Below are positions 37,096-49,861 of a DNA stretch of 64,000 bases, one piece after another. The translations under genes were made by a program, and so were the position numbers. This stretch comes from Mobula hypostoma (taxonomy: Eukaryota). A model generated the notes under the pieces. The model saw only the letters and a list, made by a program, of their open reading frames with translations. It was not told where the DNA came from and made no database searches. Where the stretch lies: the NCBI RefSeq assembly GCF_963921235.1, contig NC_086097.1:225558001-225622000 (forward strand). Direction: 5' to 3'. Within the stretch, counting starts at the first letter, position 1, and each line of letters begins with the position of its first letter.

Positions 37096-38149
37096 AATTA
37101 TAGCCTGTACTGATTATTTTCCCAAAAATGTATTTACTTTTTTTCTAACCACCAATGTTTTCTACCTACCAGTTGCAGACTTACCAGCACACTTCTGCAA
37201 TCTCTCATTTGTCCTTATAGTCCCTGAGTTATTATGCCTTTGTATTCTTCCTCTTTCACTTCTGTCAAAATAATTTATTTGAATGAAAACAATTAAGTTC
37301 CATAGACCAATCAGGCTTATCCTGTCAAATCAGAAAAAGATCCATTGATCCCCTGTCTTCGCCTTCTTCCCTTAGCAATTTCTTCAATCATGTAACAATA
37401 TTCTCTTTATTACTACATACCTTAATTTTCATTATAAATTTCTCATGCGGCATTTTTATGAAATGCCTCATATGCAATCATTATATTCCTGTTATCTATA
37501 TGCTCTATAATGTAGTCATAAAACTTAATTAGGCTAGGCAAACATAACCTGCTCTTTATAAATCCATGATGACTGTTCTTGGTTAGCCTTTGCTTCATAA
37601 TGGTCTCTATGCCTTCATCTACAACAATGAAACATTGGACCAGCCCAATGACTTTTTTTAACTTTCATTTAATATTTTCAGAGGTTTTTGACAATATTAT
37701 GATTCTATCTTCTAAACCTTTTCTGTTTGAAGATACTCTTCTAAAATTATTCTTAAGTCATCAGTCTGGTTGAATCCTAACACACCAGTCCACCGGAAGT
37801 GACCATGTAAGCTTTCCATGAATATGTACCTATGAATATGCTAAGAAAAAAACAAACAAGAAACAACTGTAATGACTTTCAGTTGTTGGATAGGCTCTCA
37901 TTCTGGTCTTGAAAGCCATAAAGTTTCATATCAAGACAGATTTTAGGATCAAAATTTCAAACTTTCCTTCTGAAGTATATAGTTAACCATCATAGATTAC
38001 ATAATCTGATGCTTTAACTAATACCTTAAGAGGGCAATATAACCAAATGATTTCAACCTGACAAACTGAACTGCAGAAATTAATTCCAACTTTCCTAACA
38101 TTTCTTATCTACTAGCGTAGTGAATTGAACAATGGGAGTTAATTGACCT

Positions 38150-40930
38150 GTCAGGGCACAGAAGCAGCAGCCAGGCCAGTTGCATTGTGGTCGCCTCTGA
38201 GGCTCAGCGGGGAACAGTGAAGTCTGGTAGCATGATAATGATCAGGAGACTCGTTAGTTAGGAGGATGTACAGGAGCCATGAAAGAGATGCCAAGATGCA
38301 GTGTTGCTTCCCAGGTGCTAGGTTCAGGGATGTCTCAGAGAGGTTGATGAGGTGATGAAGGTAGAGATGTGGATGTTGTCTACCTGGGTTTTAGTGACAA
38401 GGTCCCTCATAGGAAGCTCATCCAGAACAGTAAAATCTATGGGATCCATCGTGAGTAGACCTTTTGGTTTCAGAACTGGCTTGTCCGTAGAAGATGAGGG
38501 GACTTGCTCTGGATGGAGGTCTGTCATTAGTGCTGTTCTGCAGTGATCTGTACTGGGACCTGAATGAAAATGTACTATGGATGGAAGGGTTAGTAAGTTT
38601 GCAGATGATGCGAAGATTGGTGGTGTTGTGGATAGTGTAGAAGACAGGCAAAGAATACAAAGGAATATAGATTAGTTGCAGATATAGGCAGAGAAATGGA
38701 GTTTAAACCAACCATACGTGAAAAGTTGCACTATGGTAGGTCAAATGTACAGAGGCAGTACACTGTTAGGGCAAGATCCTTAACAGTGTTCTTTCTTTTT
38801 CTTTTTAAATCTTTTTATTGAGTAAGTATACAAAAAAGGTAAGCCATATAAACATTAATACAATGTTAAAGTATAATAAAATTCCAAAAGATAACAATAC
38901 CAAAAAGAAAATACTACAAACAATGTAATTTAAGCATAAGAAACCAAAATAACATAATAGTATACTAGATTTTATATATATCAATGGAAAAAAAGAAAAA
39001 AAAAACCCCAAAAAAAAACCCACCGTGCAACTAACTAAAAGCAAAGCAAAGCAATGGGCTAACTTGAAACCAAACAGAGTTAAACTTAAAATCACGTCCT
39101 CAATCCCGACCTCCATTAAAACAGTGAAAAAAAAACAAGAAGGGTAAATATTACATTAAATGAAAATATCGAATAAAAGGTCCCCAAATCTGTTCAAATT
39201 TAAATGGAGAATCATAAAGGTTACTTCTAATTTTCTCCAGATTCAAACATAAAATCGTCTGAGAAAACCAAAAAAAGGTAGTTGGAGCATTAAGCTCTTT
39301 CCAATGTTGTAAAATACATCTTTTCGCCATTAAAGTAAGAAATGCAATCATTCTACGGGCTGAAGGGGAAAGATTACTAGAAATTTTAGGTAGTCCAAAG
39401 ATAGCAGTAATAGGGTGAGGAGAGATATCTATATTTAATACCTTAGAAATAATATTGAAAATATCTCTCCAAAAAGTTTCCAAAGTAGGGCAAGACCAAA
39501 ACATATGAGTTAAAGAGGCTATCTGCCCCGAACATCTATCACAGAAAGGATTAATATGCGAGTAAAAACGCGCTAACTTATCTTTGGACATATGTGCTCT
39601 ATGCACCACTTTAAATTGAATTAGGGAATGTTTAGCACAAATAGAGGAAGTATTAACTAATTGTAAAATCTGCCCCCAATCATCCACAGAAATGGTAAGC
39701 CCCAATTCCTGTTCCCAATCTACCCTAATCTTATCAAATGGAGCTTCCCTGAGATTCATAATAATATTATAAATCATAGCCGATGCACCTTTCTGACATG
39801 GATTAAGGTTAATTATCAAATCTAAAATATATATAGGAGGAAGCATTGGAAAGGAAGGAAGTATAGTACTTAGAAAATTTCTAACTTGTAAATATCTAAA
39901 AAAATGTATTCTTGATAGGTTATATTTATTAGATAATTGTTCAAAAGACATAAGGGAACCATCTAAAAATAAATCCAAAAACCGTAAAATACCCTTAGTC
40001 TTCCAAGTTTGAAAAGCGCGATCCGTAAAAGAGGGAGGAAAAAATATGTTACCTAAAATAGGAATCGCTAACCCGAATTGATTAAGATCAAAAAATTTTC
40101 TGAATTGAAACCAAATACGCAAAGCATATTTAACGATCGGGTTAGAGACCTGCTTAAGGCGTTTCGAATCAAAAGGAAGAGATGAACCTAAAATAGAACC
40201 AAGTGTATAACCCTGAACAGATTGTAATTCCAATGCTACCCATTTAGGAATAGATAGTATATCCCGGTCAAGTAACCAAAATTTCATATGTCGAATATTA
40301 ATAGCCCAATAATAAAATCTAAAGTTAGGTAATGCTAAACCTCCATCTCTCTTAGCTTTCTGTAAATGTATTTTACCCAGTCTCGGATTCTTATTCTGCC
40401 AAATAAATGAAGAAATTTTAGAGTCAACTTTATCAAAAAAAGATTTAGGAACGAAAATTGGTAATGCCTGAAACACATATAAAAATTTTGGCAAAAAAAA
40501 CATCTTAACTGCATTAATACGACCAATCAAAGTTAAATATAAAGGAAACCATTTAGATGAAAGTTGAGTAATATGGTCTATTAATGGTAAAAAGTTAGTC
40601 TTAAATAAATCTTTATGTTTACAAGTAATTTTAATCCCAAGATATGAAAGCTTAACAGTGTTGATCAGCTGAGGGTTTTGGGGGTCCAAGTTCATAGTTC
40701 CCAGAAAGTGGCTACGCAGATTGATAAGGTGGTTATGAAACATACGCCGTGCTTGCCTTTAATAGTCGAGGCATTAAGTTCAAATGATAGGAAGTTATGT
40801 TGCTGCTTTATAAACTCTAGTTAGGCAGCATCCGGAGCACAGCATAGGTTTCTGGTAACCCCATTACAGGAAGGATGTCGAGGCAATGGAAAGGGTGTAG
40901 AAGAGGTTTACTAGGATGTTGCCTGGAGTC
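38150..40930 (+). mobile_element. Decayed CR1 fragments split by the L1 insertion
   Basis: SKFADDAKIGGVVDS at ~38594; RT C-terminus resumes after 40651. Confidence 0.75.
38791..40650 (-). mobile_element. Young 5'-truncated L1-clade LINE (ORF2 C-terminal ~500 aa uninterrupted)
   Basis: YLGI, LTLIGRINAVKM..LPKFLYVFQ, GGLALPNFRFYYWA, CDRC..HMFWSC knuckle; AATAAA and A-rich tail; 12-bp TSD cttaacagtgtt at 38779-38790 and 40651-40662. Confidence 0.95.
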
Positions 40931-41869
40931 AACAGCATCAGATGATACTGACAATCCGTGGGGTTTTTTACTATCCTAGAATGTCTGTACCTCTTCCTCA
41001 GAAAAACTTCTTCTAACTTATGTTATTAAAGGATACAAAATGCCAGCAAAATGTTAACGATATAAGACAGGAAAATAAAATTAACTGCCCTATTTAGCTC
41101 AAGCTATCACAACATAAAGCAGAATCCATGCTCCAACAGTATTCTGCTCTTCAAGAATTACACTGTCTGTCATGAGAGAGACAACTTCAAGTAATTAGAT
41201 TAAAAGTCTGGTAAATTTTTTGCTGGTAAAGGCAATCAAGCAAACTCCATCATACTGTAGGAACAGTGTCCTTAATTACCAGTCCCCTCACCCACCTTTG
41301 TTGATTGGTGTGCCAGATTAGACAGGCCATACTCCTTAAGTGAATACCCTCACAAACAACCTTTGCTATTTCCATTTGTGTTCATTCTCTTAGCTTTCCT
41401 AATCTCAATCGCAGTTTAAAAGCTAATAGGCATGCAACCACAATATGAAACAGTTTACTGTCATTGGAATGTTAAACTGATTGCATTTTCATTTAAAATT
41501 AGCATTTCATCTCAGTGGATGGTATCTGGTAAACTACAATTGCATGTTTTGGTTGGTTACATCACAGACAAGGTGATCTCTCTTGGATGCTCAACTCTAT
41601 TCAATCCTTCTTCGTTTAGGGCTCAAATAGTATGTGTAGATTAAAAAACACTGCGTTCTCTGTGAATCGGGACCATTTGTTAAGTGCAGTAATAGACACT
41701 CAGGCTGGTTAATTCAGCCCGGATTTTGCAAGGTTTTAAAATGGAAAATATGTTAATACTTTGTTTCCTCTTTAACTAAAATTGTTACTGAAGTATGTAT
41801 TTTACTGGGAGCTGGAGTTTGATAGGAGTAAAGTTCATCTGCATCATTGTTTGCAGCTACAGCTCACAC

Positions 41870-43228
41870 TACGGCTCTCCGTGAGTGGCCGTAGTGGCCA
41901 TGCGGCCTAACATTTTGATGTTTCCCGGAGCAGCCTGGAAGAAGTGCTCTTTTGGGGTATAGCACTGTGGACCATGCAGTTCCTCACCAAAGCTGCCGAC
42001 TGAAGCACCATGGGAGAATAAAACATCGGGCCGGCAGTTGGTGGGCACCGCTATCGGAAGAAGGCCCATGCACTGGAGCAACTCTCTCTCTCTCTCTCTT
42101 CTGATGGTGAGTGAGAGCCTGGCGGACCGCGAGCCCAGGTCTCACAGAAGAACGTAACAACGGGACAGTGAGCTGCTGGTCTCTACTCTGGTTGTTGCAG
42201 GAGCGATCTAGTGCGAGAGAGCCTGTCTGTGATACCGACGTGCTGGGTTATGGACTGTGGTTTTTGATGGTCTCTAGATAAGGTCTCTTTTGGGGCTTTT
42301 GCATTTTCTTGCATGGTTTGTGGGGGAGAGTGGTCAGTGCTTCTGCTGCTGCTTGTGTGTGGGAGGGTGGAGGGGGGCTTTGGGCTCTGATGTTTCTGTC
42401 ATTCATTTTTACAGGTGTAAGGGGTTTCTTCTAATATGTTACTGCTGAGGCTAATCAAAATGGCTTCTTTGTTATGTTAGAACAAAATGGCTTCTTTGTT
42501 ATGTTAACTGCTGAGAAAGCTCTCTCTCTAGCAGCGTGTTTGGGTTATATTACTTATAAGAGCATTGTATTCATTTGCTAACCAATTGGGATAGATGTTA
42601 TTCTTTCTTGTGGGTCTGTAGGCTATTGTTTCACGGGCTTTGGAGCAGAAGGCAATGGGGACAGAGAGAGGAGACGCGATGCTGTAAGCTGGGCGGCAGG
42701 ACGGACCCCGAGCAGGAGTCTGAGGCCCAGGGTGTTTGGTGAGGAGAGGAGACGAAGACATACTCATGTGGAGCGTCTGGTCGACCACCGTGTTTGGTCC
42801 CAGGCGGCGGGTCGAGGAGGTCGGAGGGGATCGAATGGTGGAAAGAAGACTCCGTTTATTGAGCTCCAACTGTTGTGCATGAAGTGGCTGAACTTTGCTA
42901 AGTTTGGCGCCTTTCACTTTCCTTTTATATTTTATCTCTATTAATTACATAGTTCCAGTAAGATCTATAAAGTGTAATCAGTTAATCGCATATGGTGTAT
43001 TGTCTGTTATTTGGCGGGGTGGGGTACATCACACAGCATCCACACAAACTTGATTACCCAGTCTGGCGGGGCTGAAGGCTGCTCCCCCAGATGGAAGTGA
43101 GCTGAACGAGCCTGAGGCTTACCAGGTGGCTACACAGGTTTTCAGTTTCATGGAAGTCCGCAAAGAGTAAGAATTTAAAGTTGTATATGATATACATTCT
43201 CTAAATTGAACCATTTGAACCATTTGAT
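41870..43228 (+). mobile_element. Non-autonomous LINE-like element with (TTGAACCAT)n tail, split by a solo LTR
   Basis: GC-rich head; tail ttgaaccatttgaaccatttga at 43207-43228. Confidence 0.5.
42416..43134 (+). mobile_element. Solo LTR, 719 bp
   Basis: TGTA...TACA termini; 4-bp TSD cagg (42412-42415, 43135-43138). Confidence 0.85.
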
Positions 43229-43599
43229 TTTGCTACATTGCCAGGAAATGTAGAGGAGGCTTGACCCAAACACAGAAGAGCAGAGATGATTTCACAGTGA
43301 GCAATAACTTTAATAACAACCTCCAAAATAACAAGCCACAAGAAGCCACAAAACAAGAGAGAACAGGTACTTAACACAACAAGGCAACAAGGTAACTGAA
43401 GGCTAGGAGCCACTGATTGAGGCTGGCTGGTTCAATGAGTGAACAAGGGCTATGCATCAGAGCTGGGTTAAAATAGGCTGCAGGTGATGAGCTGGGAATG
43501 AGTAGCAGCTGAGTGAAGACTGGGAGGAGCACACCTGTGCAGGCTTCTCATCTTGAGTCTTTCCGCCAGAATACTTTGGATTTGAAGAGATCCTTGTGG

Positions 43600-45500
43600 G
43601 TAAACTATCCTTGCTGAGCCTCAACGCCTCTTTCTATAACTGGATCCTGGAGTTCATCACAGAAAGGCCACAGTCAGTCCATGTTGGCAGATACATCTCT
43701 AGCTCCACCATGCAGAGCCCTAGTGCTCACAGGGCTGTATGACTTGCCGACTGTTGTTCATGCCACTGACGCATAACGGTTGCTAGATTCAGTTCAAACT
43801 GAATCATCAAGTTTACTGATGAGACAACAGTGGCTGGCCTCATCAACAACGATGATGAGATAGCATACAGAGGGGAGGCAGAGCGGCTGGTAGGTGTGAG
43901 CATGCATGACCTGTCACAGTGAGGGCGTTGGGAACAGACCCAAGTGCAAGACACAGACACTGAAGTACTAGGAACAGGACAAGGATGCAGGACCTGGGCT
44001 AAGACATGGACAAGAAACAGGGAAATCAGACAAAGAACTATGAACTAGGAGCCTGGGCTTGAACCCTGAGCCAGAGACTGGACAAGGACCCAGAACCTAG
44101 GTCTTGCCTCGGGCTTGGGCCCCAGAACCAGGCAAGGACAAGGCGAGGCTACAGGACTGGACATGACTTGGGTGAGGAACTCCTGGGTAGGGTGAAACAT
44201 AAGGACAGGTAAAGGCACATGGACAGGACTCAGATAGGACTGGACTAGGCATGGACTGGATGAGGGCCTTCAGGAGCACAAAGTCTTGGACTAGAAGAGA
44301 CGGGAGCATGGAACACAAAGCCGGGGCCCCTCCTTGGGAACAGGACGTAGGGCCGGGAATCATACACAGAACGCTGAACATGAAGAGACGGATCCCAACA
44401 CAAGGTAGCGACAAATGGCCGGACCTACCTAGCGAAGACATGGACACAGAGAGACAATTCCACACAACGAAAGACAGTCCCTTATCTTGACCTAACAAGG
44501 CTCCGGTCTTGCTACGGCAGTAAAACTTCAGCTATACAGGCGGGGTATTCAGGCTAGGTGAGCAGGCAGAGAGTCAGACAAGGTATCCAGGCAGAGAGTC
44601 AGGCAAGGGGGGAAAGACAAAGAGCGGAACAGACAGTCAGCGGAATCCCTGGTTTGCAGAGGTATTTATGTCTCAGCCCCAAAACGAGAATCATGTGCCT
44701 ACAAACAGAAACTGGGGGAAACCAGAAACCCTGGAATAAGGAACGATGTACCGGACCATGAACCGGAATATGGACTTCACAGACCAGACCATGACAGACT
44801 CTGCCATAGAGGGAAATGAAGCTCCACTATTCTGGCAGTGCCCATAACGAACAATCTCACCTGGTCCTTCAACACCGCAGCTTTGGTTAAAATAATACAG
44901 TGGCATTTTCACTTCCTGAGGAAATTAGGGTGAGGAGGCTTTCCCCCTCCCATTATAACCAATTTTTACAGGAGCATTATTGCGAGTCTTGACCAGCCGT
45001 ATCATCATCTAACATGGGAACTGCAAGGCATCTGACTGCAAGTCCCTACAAAGTATTGCGAGGACTGTTGAGAGGAGCATTGGGAATTTTCTTCCATTTC
45101 TTAGGGATGTTTATCAGGAGTGCTGTATACACAGAGCCATTAGCATGATCACTGATCCTTTCCATCCATCCACCAATCCCCTACTATCAGACAGGAGGTA
45201 CTGTAGCATCAGGGTGAGGGCTGTTAGGATGGGAAACAGGTTCTTCCCCCAGGCTGGAAGACTACTGAGCTCCCTGCCACCATCCAGGCCTCCCTCAGCA
45301 TGTAAGAATTGCTGGTAGCATTTTACTATTTACTTTTTAACTTGCATCGCATATGCAGCTTATTATTTGTGGTAACTTAACTCTATGTGTTATGTTTGTA
45401 AGTTATATGTACTCTATTGTGCACCTTGGTCCGAAAAAAATATTGTTTCATTTGGCGGTATACATGTGTATAGTTGAATAACAATAAAATTAAACATGAA
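43600..45500 (+). mobile_element. Decayed Rex1/Babar-like LINE split by a solo LTR
   Basis: NWILEF, IIKFTDETTVAGLI; 3' part ..gaaacaggttcttcccccaggct..aataaa. Confidence 0.7.
43912..44796 (-). mobile_element. Solo LTR (Gypsy-type), 885 bp
   Basis: TGTCA...TGACA terminal inverted repeat; flanks gacc/gact; low-complexity ggacaag repeats; strand inferred. Confidence 0.75.
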
Positions 45501-47039
45501 ATTGTTTGATCAAATGGAGGCTAAAATACTTTGACCTTGCTCAAGGAAAAGACTCTCACCTTTTGACAAGATGCAGTGTTGTTCTCAGTTGGATTTGGCT
45601 TTCATGGTTTATGTTTCTCCTCATCCATATAAAAGACACAGACATAGGAGAGCAATTAGCTTGCCTTTTTACTTAAAATCAATTGATCTCTATAGATCTG
45701 CATTTGTCAGGGCAGGTTATTGCTGAGTATAGAAACACAGTTATTGTTTTGATGATATGGGCTGATGTAAGTTATGTGACATTTTCCTCCTTTAATTCTG
45801 TTGTAGCTTTAGGCACTTTGCATTCTGAAGTAAGACTACTGCAAATTACTTTTGCAAACAATTCTTCTTCGAAATACCACAGATGGTTTGATGATTTAAA
45901 AACCATCACCTTACTGATTAATTTTTGGCTGACTGTCAGGGGCAAACAGATTGATCTGTTCGTGTTAAAACACTCTGCGATCACATCTGAACTTTTTTTA
46001 ACCTTTGCGACATACTAATAGCCATAACATATCCCTGAATGTTGCAGAGACCGGATTGTCAGGCGAAAAAGAAAAATCCAAACAGCAGACTACTGGATAC
46101 AGATTAATTGCTTAGGTTGTGTTGTTGGTCATTGTATCAAAAAAAAGACATTGCTGTGTGGTGTAATTTGTATTCCGATATATTCTGTAAAAGTTGCCCT
46201 GACCAGCTATTACACAAGTAAAATATTCAGTGTTACTTTATAGGTTCTGCTAGGATTGATTAAGTTCTCTCGTGTATATGAAGGCTGACATGGATCCAGA
46301 GGAAATGTAAAACTTGAAGGTACAGCAGTGCTGTGACATTTCACTCCATAAAAATGCCAATATTTTAATTCTGTACATAAATCATCTTCATCAGTTTAGT
46401 TCCATATCTCAGTCTCTGCTGTTTTCCTACATGATTAGACTGTGCTATCATTAACAAATGGGATGTTGTGTCCCCATTGGGCATACATCATGCCTCCTAG
46501 CCGATTTACCACTTAATACTGTGTCACCCAAACCATCCTGTTCTTTGTGCAAAGTTGCTTCCTTATGGCCTTAAAAAAATCATGTTCATCATTGATAATG
46601 GTTTCTCCATTTAAAGCGATGATTAATATGGGAAAAGATGTGTAGTGTTTGAAGGTAACCTTTGTCGATAAGAAGGGCAGATATTCACAGTGTATTGGCT
46701 TCATTTTGTTCATTATAGGAGACCTTTCATAGTTTCATTGACTTGCTGTCTGGATCCTGTTACTTAGCAGGTGTTTTCCTTGTTTAAATGGAGCAGACAT
46801 GGACACTGGTCATGTTCAGCTATTTGTTCCCCAGTGGTAGAGTATTTTTCTGATATGTATTGCAGTGAATGAAAAATCATTTTGTGTTCCCCCATTTTCA
46901 GAACAACAACATGGATTTAAAAATAAACTTGCTCAAAAAAAAAGTGCTCCCTCTTCAACTGACCCTGGTACCCCAGTGCTGTTGTCAGTTTGGATCTGGT
47001 TACACATAAGATTATTACTGTTAAGATTCTTAAGATTCC

Positions 47040-47842
47040 TGTTAGGGTTAAGATTTTTACTGTTATGCTGTAGGTATTTCATTTTAGCAGTGCTGTAAGA
47101 GCAGTCTGTTCTGCTTTCAGCCTGTTTGAATTTGAGCTGAGATAAAGGGACTTTGTTGTTCAACTTAGGAATGTGGTGTCAGCCAACCAAGGTGGTGGAA
47201 TTGGGGGAAGGTCCTTGAGAATGCTGCACGGAGAAGTTTTTATGATGGACACTGGTGTGGGTTGAGGTCTTCATGACGGGAGCTGGGGGAAGACAAGAGG
47301 AGAGAAGACAGGAGGGAAGATGGCTAAGGACGCCATCCCTGATTCACAAGGTGCTTTGTGCAGATGAATGTCTTCGAGGAGGAAGAATCAATGCTCCCGT
47401 GGGAGAGCCCATTTGTTTGAAATGGATTTTGAGCGACATTCCGAAGGTGGTGTGTGCTTTCACACAGACCAAGGGTCCAGCACGTGATTTTCTGACAACT
47501 TCAATATGAGCTCCAACTTATGTGCATATTTGACTGTTTAAATATAATGGGCCCTTTTTGTTTTTTTTTCTTTCTTTTCGTTAATACCTCTTTGGTCAAG
47601 TTAACATCCATAAGTATGCATATAATTGTATGGTGTGTACAATCTGTTACCTCTTGCTGACGGGTGATTGCAGGGGGCAGTAAATCACACAGCACTCACA
47701 TAAACTGGAGTTTGGGTGGGAAAGACATCCCAGCCTCACGGGTTTAGTGGGACCAAAGCCATATACACCCTATTTGTACGGAGCCTGGTAAAGGTGGTTT
47801 CCCTCACCATAGAATCCAGTGGCTGTTAGCGAGGGGCTAACA
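47040..47842 (+). mobile_element. Probable solo LTR related to 42416-43134
   Basis: TGTTAG...CTAACA termini; shares tatggtgt..ctgtta..atcacacagca..caca.aaact block; TSD poor (ttcc/agcc). Confidence 0.55.
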
Positions 47843-48262
47843 AGCCACATTTCCAGAGATGCTCAGTAAAAATGGGTTTTTACTGAGAGGATTGTAAGTT
47901 CCTGTATTAGATGTGCTTGCTTTATTGGTTCAGTTGCTTCGATTACAACAGCATATCAAAGAAATGGCCACAACTAGACGAGTGTTGGAATTTTATTTAA
48001 AGAGTTGCATTGCAGGAGCAAAAGGCTGCAAGGCAGACTGTAACTGTAATTTTCTTCTGCATCAGGAAGACAGCCATAGGGAGATAACAGACAAGCTTGT
48101 TACTCTTTTACTAACTGCAAAAACATCAGCAGGGACCAAACTGCAGCAAACAGCACCACCCCAATCTGTTGGAATGATGGTCCATAGATATTCATTCATT
48201 CTGCTAAAGTTAAGTGTTGAAATAAATATTGATAAAAAATAGTTCTACTGTTGTGGGCCAGT

Positions 48263-48402
48263 CACAAAAAAGAGAAAATCTGCAGATGCTGGAAATCGAA
48301 GCAACACACACACAATGCTAGGGGAACTCAACAGGCCTGGCAGTATCTATGGAAAAGAGTAAACAGTCATCGTTTTGGGGCTGAGACCCTTCATCAGAAC
48401 TG
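48263..48402 (-). mobile_element. Short Penelope-derived element headed by a decayed hammerhead
   Basis: Minus strand cagtt-CTGATGA-agggtctcagccc-cAAAAC-GAT-gactg...tgtgtgttgc..tctgcagattttctc. Confidence 0.7.
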
Positions 48403-48627
48403 ATGCTGTGGGGTATATTGGGTTACAGATTTATGTTTTTACTGTAATGTATTTCAGCACGAAATAAGATGCTGATTTACTCGATGTTGAATTTCTGAAA
48501 TTAGCTGCGCCATCTGAGAGCATAAGCCAGACCTGCAGTTCATTTCCTGAGAGCCAAAGTTACTTAGCAAGCCTAACGACAAGTCAATTATGCAATGATG
48601 CGAGGGCAAATCTTAATTCACTCTTCA

Positions 48628-48915
48628 GTGCCACAGTAGCATAGTGGTTAGTGTAATGCTTCAATTCCCACCATTGTCTGTAAGGAGTTCCTGTTCTCTA
48701 CATGACTGTGTTTGGTTGCTCCAGTTTCTTCCCACATTTCAAAGATGTACAAGTTAGTAATACATAGGCAAGCTATATTGGTGCCTGAAAGCATGGCAAC
48801 ACTTGCTGGCTGTCCCTAGCATATCCTTGGATTGTGTAGGCTGTTGATGCAAACGACTCATTTCACTATATGCTTTGATATTTCGATATACATGTGACAA
48901 ATAGAGCTAATCTTT
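48628..48915 (+). mobile_element. tRNA-derived SINE
   Basis: A-box-like tagcatagtggttag head, ttcaattccc B-box remnant, tail catgtgacaaatagagctaatct. Confidence 0.65.
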
Positions 48916-49861
48916 CCAACAACTATTATCAAGTTATAAAGTTGTGAAGGAATCTTTTGTTCTCCAAAAGCCTCAAGTAACATGAAGGATGTTTTTGTTT
49001 TAATTCGGATGGCCATGAGATTTTTCTAGTATATTAATTGCAAGTGTAAGGCATTCTTGGATGAGAAGTTCCATCGTGCTTCAAGAGAGAGAAAAAAACA
49101 ACTCTGCAGATACCTGAAAATGAAATGAGGAGAAAATTCTTCAGCCAAAGGCTAGTGAATCTGTGGAACCATTTTTTTGCCACAGATGGATGTGGAGGCC
49201 AAGGCATTGGGTGTATTTAAGGCAGAGCTTGATTGCTAAGGGAGTTAAGGATTAGAGGGAGAAGGTAAGAGAATGAGGTTGAAAGAGAAGTCAGCCATGA
49301 TTGAATGATAGAGCAGGTTCAACAGGCTGAATGGTCCAGTTCTGCTGCATGGCCCAAATAATCAAGGTCCCACTCTGGTAAGAGTCAAGTGCAGAATAAA
49401 CTCATCAAGAAATGTATGAATGTGAGAAATCTTGCTGCTTTAGAAACAACTTTCAATCATGAGCACCTTTATCTTGGTAAAGACATCATAAGTTGGCATA
49501 CAAAAATAACGTCAATCAGGAACAATCGTAAACAGCAGCATTAAATGAAATGACATTTTGGTAAGGTTTTGTGAATTCATGTCAATATGATATTTGACAT
49601 TGAAATGAAGACTTGTGAAAAAATATTCACTAACTTTCTAACAAGCAACTCCCTAGCAAGCCTACTTTGAGGCAGTGTTCAGATGATTTCCTGCATGCAA
49701 CCTTCTCCCACTGGTCACAAGATTTGCAGATACCATATGGAGCATGAGCAATTTTGCCAGCTTTTCTCAGGGGTAGAAAATGCTTGTATTGTTCCTTCAC
49801 ATTCATCTCATTTCAAGATTCAGGATTGTTTAATGTCATTCTTCAGTGCCCGAGAATAGAA

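Noticed and set aside
43975..44300. Recurring ggacaag/ggactgg units resembling a spaced repeat array
   Set aside because: Irregular low-complexity interior of a solo LTR, with no constant repeat or spacer length; not CRISPR-like
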